Assembly: GCF_006345805.1 (NCBI RefSeq)
Contig: NC_043009.1
Location: 29,636,001 to 29,700,000 of the forward strand
DNA: 64,000 bases
Direction of reading: 5' to 3'
DNA from: Octopus sinensis
Taxonomy: Eukaryota
Position numbers and translations under genes: made by a program. Shown one piece after another: positions 54,037 to 64,000 of this stretch (the stretch's first letter is position 1; every line of letters starts with the position of its first letter). The notes under the pieces are model-generated. The model saw nothing but the letters and a program-made list of their open reading frames with translations, did no database searches and was not told the origin of the DNA.

Positions 54037-54092
<56 letters not shown>

Positions 54093-54682
54093 TATATATA
54101 TACGTGTATATATGTATGAACTACTTTTTTTTTTAGCTTTCTACCATTTACTTTACAATGATTATGATATTGTTAGATAAAAAGAAAACACTATAAAACA
54201 GTTTATCGCATGATAGAAAGAAAGAAACAATAAAGAGAAAAATAATGTAGATTATGAGAAAGTTATCATTTGATAATATCATTTGAACAATGGAAGCCAA
54301 ATCAGACGTGAAAACAGTGTGTTCACCTCGCGGTCAAGATTCTTAAGCCTAACACACATGCACATCCATGTGGCTTCGAAACTCGATAGAGATTTTATAT
54401 GCTACCCTTTTAGCAAAAAAAAAAAACAACAAAAAAAAACAACAACAACTTTATTATATGACTTTCAATTTAACCAATCAGATAATCGATTCACGATTGG
54501 GTGATTGAGAGCAAAATGGGCATCGAAGCAAGCAAACTCCAGCTTCCCGATCACACAGTTTCTCAGAAGAGATAAACAATAAAAGTAAGATTGCCGTGTA
54601 CAGAAGTGAGCAGAAACAAAAAGTTTACCCATTTCCTCGTGCAAATCTTTTATAAGCAATACTCTCTCTACCACCCAGTATT

Positions 54683-54767
<85 letters not shown>

Positions 54768-55901
54768 CTCCGTCCGTCTGTCTGACTGTCTGCTTGCCTA
54801 TCTGTCTGTCTATCTATCTATCTATCTATGTATACACGCACACTCACATATATAAATATCTATCTAAACCTTTCTCCCTCTCCCTCTCACTATATATATA
54901 GATATATTCATCACTTTCTCTTTATATACACATACACACACATACACACCACACACACACACAGACTTAAACACACGCACATATATTGTCAAAAATAACT
55001 GTTAGCTGAAATATTTAACGTTTTAGCATATGCACCGATGGCAGGCTTTCCTCTGGGGCTTACACGTTATCAACTTAACGCTTTATAATAGGATATCTGC
55101 TAGGAGATTTTCAGAGGGTAATTTCAAAGATCCTTTCAGAATAATCGTTTAGAAATGCGAGTGTTCTCTTCAATTTTGAAATACATTTTACTCAACATTC
55201 TGCTACGATGTAACATGTTCATCATCTTTTCAAAAACCTTAGTCTATGTTTTGGCTATATCTTCTTTTTATATCTTCCCACATATACATATACGATTGTG
55301 TTGGAAGTCCACCTTCTATGCTGTAAACCCCCCAGAATTTTATATGGTAAATAGGAAAGAGATATTAACGTATGGCAGTTCGGTGGATGTAAATTGTGTG
55401 AGGTCCGATATGTTTCTAGAAGAGACATATCTGTTTTCGTGCAGGCTTCACGAAACTGGCTTGGGTACAAGGGCCAAAACCATCGATGGCTCATTGGAAG
55501 AGGCAGATAAAGGAAAAATATACTTGTAAGTAGAGGTGCTAGTGTGTTGAACAACTATTACCAGCTACAAAATATTTTTATAGTATTTGTTGCATCGTAT
55601 AAATTATTCATACAGGAGACTATTCAAAGTGTGTACTATGTTCCAATGTGTTTCTTTACAGAAGGCTTTGATATTCTATTCCAAATATTCATAATTTATA
55701 ATTTATATAAAATGCAATATACAACAGTTAATCATTGAAATTCACCTAAATTAACAGATTTTAACGCTTTTATATAATACATATTTTATTCATAAACATT
55801 TAAAATAACGTGGCAATTAGAACACATAAGATGCCTTTGTTTCAAACAATTTCCCTGGACTGTATAAACACTCTCTCATGTATATGCACGTGAAAATATA
55901 G

Positions 55902-55970
<69 letters not shown>

Positions 55971-56080
55971 GGTATATATATACACACACAGACACACGCA
56001 TATATATATATATTAGATATATGTACGTATATATTTATGTTAAAATTACACTCACACATTTCATATATATGTATAAATAA

Positions 56081-56111
<31 letters not shown>

Positions 56112-56465
56112 CAAGCATATATGGCAATATGTGTGAGTGTAATTTTAATTTTTTCATAAAGACTTACAGGTTAATGTGATTCAAATTAATTATATATGAA
56201 TTCAGTAATTCAATATATTGCACTGAAGAATTGAATATGACATCTGAGAGAATGTTATGTTGAGCGGCTGACGTATGATTAGAGTAGATAGGAGATAATC
56301 TGAGCTATGTATTATATACACATCGATGTACACATATCTGTGCATATATAGCAACGCCCATAATACATGCGTGTATGTATGAGCATGTACGTATGCACAT
56401 GTATATATGAATAGATGTAGGCATATATATATATATGTGTGTGTGTGTCTATGTATATATGATGT

Positions 56466-56545
<80 letters not shown>

Positions 56546-58084
56546 ACACATTTATATACCGCCTGTCGTCAAAGCCATTAGATTATGATGATAATTACTT
56601 AACAATGTGGAGATGTAATATATCAACGTCACTAGTCGTTAGTAGGAAGCAATTTGAAGTTATCATGCCGAAAATCAGTTTGAAACCGATGGCATCATAT
56701 AACAATAAGAAATACCTTTTAGATTGCAGTTAAAAGCGAAAAGAAAAAGAAAGGAAAATAAAATAATAAAATCCACGGAATTATGAAATCACGATAATAT
56801 TAAATTCTTTATTCTAAAGTCATCCAAGTTAAATAAACAAAATATAAATCTGATGCGAGATAGATTAATATACATAATGGTTTTCTAAAAATATTCTTAA
56901 TATACCTTTAATCATTTATGAATCGCTAAAAATAAATATCTATACAGAACACAAATGGAAATTTATTGCATCTGTGACATTGTGAGGTCTTTTCTCTGTT
57001 GAGAATATAGAAATGTCTAATAGTTCAATAATTAATTTCTGGAGATATAATCTTAATTGAGTGTAAGAAGGGAAAATCATTTTAGGAGAGGTTTCTATCT
57101 TCACGCTATTTACAAAGTGTTTCTTTTTCAGCATACAAGGGATCATAAGCGATATCTCTCTTGTTTCATGTCATTCACCAGAAACAGTGGTATATTTCCT
57201 CCTGTATTTCAAAGCATTTCACGATAGGCAACATATTTCAGAATATGCAAAACTTCCAGTTCTTGATTGTTTAATATATTCGTCAAAAGTGGTTGAATTC
57301 TATTAGCGGAACATTAATCTTTTCTGTTCAAGACCGTCCACCGCCTGATCAATGGCAGGTACGCAAGAATCGTTAGCAGACAGAACAGAAATAAAATATA
57401 TTCCTTTTGGTATTAAGTGGATTCTCACAAAGTAGTTGACGTTTGTTACCTAGGCAACCTAATCAGCCAACCACCGATTAGCTAAATGTAATATAGATGG
57501 ATATTGTTGTATTACATTCCTTTATTCAGTTATTCAATGATCAAAATTTTTAAATGTTTCTTTCTGCGTTGCTGTAATCTACTTTATCTTTTTATCAACA
57601 AGCTGTACTCCATATCTGGAAACTACGAAGATAAACGAAATATATAGATGAATATATATTTATCTTATACACAAAGTAAGATGTGATTAAAATACTCTGG
57701 TCTATTCTTTTTTCTTCTTATGGCATCATCTACTTTAGTGTCTATCACTAAATAAAGATTTATCTCTTATACTGAAGCTAAACGAATGTTCAAGAGGACT
57801 TGAGAGAGAATTTACAATAAAAACTAGTGCAAACAAATCCAGATATATTCTTCAGGATTGGTTCAACCAAATATTATTCTATTGCAACAAATAGAATAAC
57901 TTGATTTCACTTACAATAGAAGGCTACATTTATTAATATTTGATTATCTCTATTTCCAATATTTGATGGATGAATATGCGTGTGATGTTAAGCGTTAGAT
58001 GAACTGAAGCAAATACGTTATTCTGATTTGTGTTTGTGTATAAATTCACAAAATTTTAAAATTCTGTTTGGTTATAGACATAAG

Positions 58085-58200
58085 CATAGCTACATGGTTT
58101 GAACGTTCCATTGGTAACCATATAGCTCTGGGTTCAGTCCCAATGAATGGTACCGTACATTGTGCAGATGGATTCGGGTTAACAAGGGCATTGTAAATGA
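58085..58200 (+). mobile_element. Degenerate SINE family B 5' part
   Basis: aaccatatagctctgggttcagtccca..aagggcattgtaaatgaatttgg resembles the family B head and body. Confidence 0.5.
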
Positions 58201-58353
58201 ATTTGGTTACTCTAGTATTTTATAGGGTACAAAATTATTACTCTTATAAGAGAATGTTTTTGACAGTGACTTCGAAGTTTCGGCTAGCTAAGCCATTATC
58301 GAACTATCGATGATGGCTTTGCGGTTAGAAATTTCAACAACATTCTTGCGTGC

Positions 58354-58398
<45 letters not shown>

Positions 58399-58854
58399 TA
58401 CACACAATCACATACACATATACACACACATACCTCTTTTTGCTGTGTTCGTGCTTCTGTACATGTGTGTACTTTCCGAATTGCGTTTCTCTCTCACAGA
58501 GTAACTGTTGGCATATTTAGTGTATGGCTCTGTGACTTAGCATTCCGTCAAAAATGGGATAGAATAAATACAATATTCACAAGTGCTGAGGGCAAATTGA
58601 TCAACTAAACCAACCAAGGCCAAGCTCCAGTTTGGCTACATTTTCACAAGTAAAGCAGACAAAAATAATGAAACAATAAAACAGTACCAAGACATTATCT
58701 TTGATAAAGAAAAGATCTTAAACAATCAGTTTGCTATTTTTGACTTTGCTTCATCTTAATTTCATCGTCTGGATATTTTTTTTTATCGGGATATTTTCAC
58801 ACAGTTATCTGCCTAAGATATTCTCTCACTGATAAAGAAGTTCTCTCGAAACTG

Positions 58855-58986
58855 CTATTCTTCTTCTTCTTCTTCTTCTTCTTCTTCTTCTTCTTCTTCT
58901 TCTTCTTCTTCTTCTCTTCTTCTTCTTCTTCTACTTCTTCTTCTTCCACTTCTTCTTCTTCTTCTTCCACTTCTTCTTCTTCTTCC

Positions 58987-59017
<31 letters not shown>

Positions 59018-59114
59018 CCACTTCTTCTTCTTCTTCTACTTCTTCTTCTTCTTCTCTTCTACTTCTTCTTCTTCCACTTCTTCTTCTTCTTCTTCCACTT
59101 CTTCTTCTTCTTCC

Positions 59115-59145
<31 letters not shown>

Positions 59146-59292
59146 TTACTTCTACTTCTTCTTCTACTTCTTCTACTTCTTCTTCTTCTACTTCTTCTAC
59201 TTCCTCTTCTACTTCTTCTTCTTCTTCTTCTCCTTCTCCTTCTCCCTCTTCTCCTCCACCTTTTCTTCTTCTTCTTCTTCTTCTTCTTCATA
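58855..59292. repeat. (TTC)n polypyrimidine tract with periodic CAC/TAC interruptions
   Basis: Directly visible; source of the K/R/E-rich ORF. Confidence 0.95.
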
Positions 59293-61112
59293 AAATAGCA
59301 TATATTCTACTGTTTAGATTATTTTATTACACTTTGCTAACGGAAAACCTCATTACATTCTATTGATACTACTTTGTATTTTTTTACCAGAATCCTGAAC
59401 GGAAACTACTCATGACTGAACTGCTCATAAGATCTACAATATTCAGAGGCAAGAGAACCAAACTTGTCTTTGCTCAAGTATCAAAGGTTGAATCAAATCA
59501 AACATTTTAATTAATATTGGTGTTCTTCTTATCATTGTTACCGACTCGATAAGTTTTGTGTTCAAATTTCGCCGTGGACAACTTTGCATTCTATCCTTAC
59601 AGATTCGATAAAATAATGTTCCGCATAACTAACCAGCTCGATTTAACTGAATGATTCCCTCCACATAAAATTACTAGGCTTGTGCTTAAATCTCAAACAT
59701 CATTATTATAATCATTGTTTTTTATTGCTGATGTTATCATTTGTTTGAGACTGACTCGTAGGACCGTATTTCTCCATCAAATGGATTTTACTGCGTTTAA
59801 TCGATCAGAAATTTTTGTTTTCATTCCAGGTTACTGGCGAGAAATCTCTTTGAATTATTTACCATTTATTCGTTTGTCAAGTGTAGAAAATATCTGTTTG
59901 ACATAATTCTTTCAAATAGAATATTCTTGCCAGATGGCCTTTGGTGATTTCATTCTGTTTACAAATGGTCAAATTATTTCTAATAGAAATAGATATGCGT
60001 CACAAAGACATCCCAAGGGAATTTCAAACACGTAAAACATCTAAAACCAGAGAAAATATGAAAATCAATTAAACGGTTGGATTTGCCAGCAGAGACTATT
60101 ATAGCCCATATTTAATATGAACAAACAAAATTAACAAATGAAAAAATATACGGAAAGGAAAGGTTAATGACAGTATTACGAATAAGAAGCTTAACATTTA
60201 AGTAATGATGCGGCTCATAGGGAGCTATGCATTGAGATCAGTTCCTACAAATCATGTATATAGAGAGAGGAGTGGACAAACAGAAATTGTTTTCTGACAC
60301 TAGGTATCGATACTTGTAAGAGCATGTAAGAAAATCACAAACTTCTGTATTCTGCATGGCAGGGAAATTACTAAATGCTGTAGAAAAAAGGCTGAATGTG
60401 TGCCAAGAGCCAAAGTTGATGCTTTATATGTCTGCCCTCAGACTGGTACTCTAGTAAATGGGAAAAGAAAGACGGCCGCGACAAGAGATATTGGTACACA
60501 TGATTGTCCTTTGATTGTTAGAATCTCTGCGGCACAGGAGAGGTTAGCGGCGACCACGTAATTGACCCCAAAACTAGGTGAAAGCAAATCCTAATCACAT
60601 CGAAAACTACAAGATTAATCAGGAGGAACAGCCTATTGACGGAATACAGAGGTAGTTTATCAGCCTGGTATAGTTGAAATCACTGCCTCCTTTTATCGTT
60701 TGTGGCAATAAAGACCGTTGGATGACCATTGGGACTGATAACGTTGCTGTTCTCATAGCCCCAGCGATCAAATCTATAAAACATACAGAAACAATATAAA
60801 CTGTTCTGCCACCATCACCATGTACCGATGTACTTGAACAGCAAGGCACCAAGAGTTTCCTTTACCCAGGGCAAAGACTTAGTAGGACAACGACTACACA
60901 TGGATTGGAATCAGTCAAAGAGTAAGCGAAGTGATAAGGGACAAAAGAAATAAAATAAAATAGAATGAGAACATAGAAAATGCTGAAATCATGCTGTAAT
61001 TCCCTCACGAAGAGATATTCAACTCGCGAATGATAGTTGTTCAAGCAACAATTAAAATTCTGATAAGAGCGTTGTAGTTCGCTGGAAGCATTGTAACATC
61101 GAAGAAGGTGAA

Positions 61113-61513
61113 AAAGAGAGAAAATCGAAATCTTCTGACAATGAGGAAAGTTTGATATTTCAGTCGCAAAGACCCATCTTCAGAAGAAAAACAGTCTGGA
61201 AAATGTTGTTATGCAGATTCCGTTAATCCATTCAAATCTCTTCGCATTATGTAACAACAGCAGTCACTCTCTAAACGTAGGTGTAATCGTCGCCCCAAAC
61301 GTTGGTGTAAACAAACTTCCAACTGTTGTTGTAGTCTACTCACCATCCGTAGGATAGTGAGTAGACTATCTTAAGAGTAATAACTGAAGTAGTTGTCAGC
61401 CTCCAAATGTTGCCGAGTGTTGGTGTAAACAAACATCCAACTGTTGTTGTAGGCCATCACCATCTGCGATGTGACGGCGTTATACTACTAATGTTGTTGC
61501 TGCTGCTACCACC

Positions 61514-61577
<64 letters not shown>

Positions 61578-61855
61578 CACTACTACTATACTACTACTAC
61601 TATTATTATAACTCCGATACATCACAAGTAGTCATGGCCTACAGCAACATTTGGAACTTTGTTTACACCAAAGTTTGGAGCGTCGATTTCACCTAAATTT
61701 GGAGAGGGCTGCCTTATTTGAATGGGTTCACGGAACCTGCATAGCTGGACATTTCCCAGACTGTTTTTCTAATGAAGAAGGGTTTTGCGTCTGAAATATA
61801 ACGGTTTTATAGAACTTGCCGCATTGTCAGAAGCTTTCTGTTTTCTCTCTTTATT
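61113..61855. repeat. Old diverged inverted repeat around an (ACT)n core
   Basis: 61113-61335 aligns by eye to the reverse complement of 61635-61855 with substitutions and indels. Confidence 0.75.
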
Positions 61856-62384
61856 AAAATCCTGATAGATCAATTGAAGGGCCTGAAAACGGACAAATAG
61901 AAAACGAATCGATTTGAGCGGATATAGGCAATTAATGTATCAAATATACAAAAGACAGAACGTTGGTGAAAACCATACCAAGAGTTAATCAAGAGCTAAA
62001 ATTAGACTGTCAAATCGACGAAGGCGCTTAAAGCGTTCGTAAATTTCTAATACAGACTTACAGGAATTGATCGGATGGAATACTGGTCAGAATCATGAAT
62101 CAGCGAAATCCTAATTAAGTGGCGGCTTCTCACCTCTTTGCGGTTGGATTGACTTTGACAGATATTTAACCTGATCAAATATAATGTCTTACGTTTTAGC
62201 ACCACATCTCTCACTACACACGCACAAATACTCACTCGCAGACACCCATATAATAAGTACACGCAGGAAAGACGGAACAAATTATATGTGAATTCATACT
62301 TTTATTCGGTTCCGCACACTCAAACGTGACTACCATTCGCTGCGGTAATCATGACACCATATATATGTATATATATGTATGTGT

Positions 62385-62411
62385 CTATCTATCTATCTAT
62401 CTATCTATCTG

Positions 62412-62471
<60 letters not shown>

Positions 62472-62472
62472 C

Positions 62473-62550
<78 letters not shown>

Positions 62551-62560
62551 GTCTATCTGT
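62385..62560. repeat. (ATCT)n microsatellite
   Basis: Directly visible. Confidence 0.95.
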
Positions 62561-62864
62561 CTCTGTCTATATACATATGTATAAATGTATGTATATAAAT
62601 GTATATATGCAAATTTATGCATGTATGCGTGCGTATGTATGTATATATGTACGTGTATATATATGTGTATGTGTGTGTGTGCGTGTGTGTGTATGTGTGT
62701 GTACAGGCATCCTCCTATATCTAGACAACCATTTGTGTAAGACATTTTGATTCGTTTCTTCTGGGCTATTACGAAAGGATTGCAAATCATTCTTCTTCTT
62801 CTTCTTCTTCTTCTTCTTCTTCTTCTTCTCCTTCTCTTCTTCCTCCTTCTTCTTTTTCCTCTGT

Positions 62865-62934
<70 letters not shown>

Positions 62935-63681
62935 CATTATTATCATCATCATTATTATTACATTTGAGTTTTCTTTTATAGTATATTTATAATTTCTTCA
63001 TTATATTTCCAGTTATTAACTTTATTTGCGCTAAGCAGAGTTGGCATCGACGTTCTTAGAAATGTATTTTAATCACCACAATATAGTCGAATACAACAAT
63101 TAAATCCTGCTAAATTGTTGTCAATATGGCTGAATAGATAATGAAAGAGAGTGATAGGAAATGAAGTAAAAGAGAAAGAGAGAGAGAGAGAGAGAAAGAA
63201 AGAAAGAGTAAGTCGGTGTAGAGTGAGAGTAAAGAAGGAAGGGGAGAATATCTGAGTCAATTGGTTAATGTTGCAAGGAAGACAAATGATGCAGAAATAA
63301 AGAACAATATATTTATATAAACGGTCACGTGATCTAATGTTCAGATAGTCAAGTGCAATGAGGCAGTAATTTATCGTTATAACTGACAACATAAACTCGC
63401 GTTCAGACGCAGAGAGAGAGAGAGAGAGGAGAGGAGGAGAGGAGAGGAGAGAGAGGAGAGGAGAGGAGAGAGAGGAGAGGAGAGAGAGGAGAGATGGAGA
63501 GAGAGTTAAACGTTTCGTTGTTTCATTTCTCTTTATGCCTCTAAATATATCTAGGTGAACAGAATAAGACATATACTACCATCGTAGTCGTTGTTTAACC
63601 ATGCGTCAGTCTCGATCGAGCAGGATTGCTATCAAAAACATTCCAGCCATGACCATCATACCTTTATCTAATATCACAGTT

Positions 63682-63882
63682 AGGCGGTGATCTAGCAGAG
63701 TCGTTAGCACGCCGGGCGAAATGTTTATCGGCACTTCGTTCGTATTACGGTCTGTGTTCAAATTCCGTGGAGATCGACTTTGCTTTTCACCTTTTTAGGG
63801 TCGATAAAATAAGTACCAGTTGAGTACTGGGGTCAGTGTACCCTCTTTCCCAAAATACGTCCTTGTGCCAAAATTTCAAACC
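63682..63882 (+). mobile_element. SINE family A
   Basis: aggcggtgatctagcagagtcgttagcacgccgggcgaaatg..gtcgataaaataagtaccagttgagtactggggtc. Confidence 0.9.
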
Positions 63883-64000
63883 AATATATATTTCAGGTTT
63901 TATTTAAGTGTCATGTCTGCCAGTTTAGTCCTCAAATGACAGGCAATGATAATTCTCAGCTTCCCAGAATCCCCTTTTATTCAAATTTGTGTATCCTGAT

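Noticed and set aside
56041-56147. 19-bp perfect inverted repeat around a (TA)n core
   Set aside because: Short, low complexity, no TSD or second copy; cannot be called a MITE.

Overview
AT-rich, microsatellite-dense eukaryotic DNA. The three tRNA-derived SINE families and the repeat landscape look like an Octopus (coleoid cephalopod) genome; this is my inference from recalled sequence, not a database check. I recognise no host protein-coding gene, and most ORF-track entries are simple-repeat read-throughs. Identifiable mobile elements are: an internally deleted mariner, a 5'-truncated CR1-group LINE with an open RT segment, a decayed RTE LINE, about a dozen SINE copies, and a 2.25-kb ORF1-only retroelement inserted with a 15-bp target-site duplication into the tRNA-like head of a SINE. 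The strongest unexplained signal is RNA structure. Several short non-coding inserts beside (TA)n tracts carry hammerhead ribozyme (HHR) motifs and have Penelope-like pseudo-LTR architecture. Three are fold-back elements with minimal type I HHRs (5006-5360, 45105-45513, 49958-50605). Two unrelated repeat families (6596-6658 plus strand; 50862-50918 minus strand) carry all three HHR core segments in a non-circularly permuted order, with fully paired stems I and III and near-identical spacing, but a poorly supported stem II.
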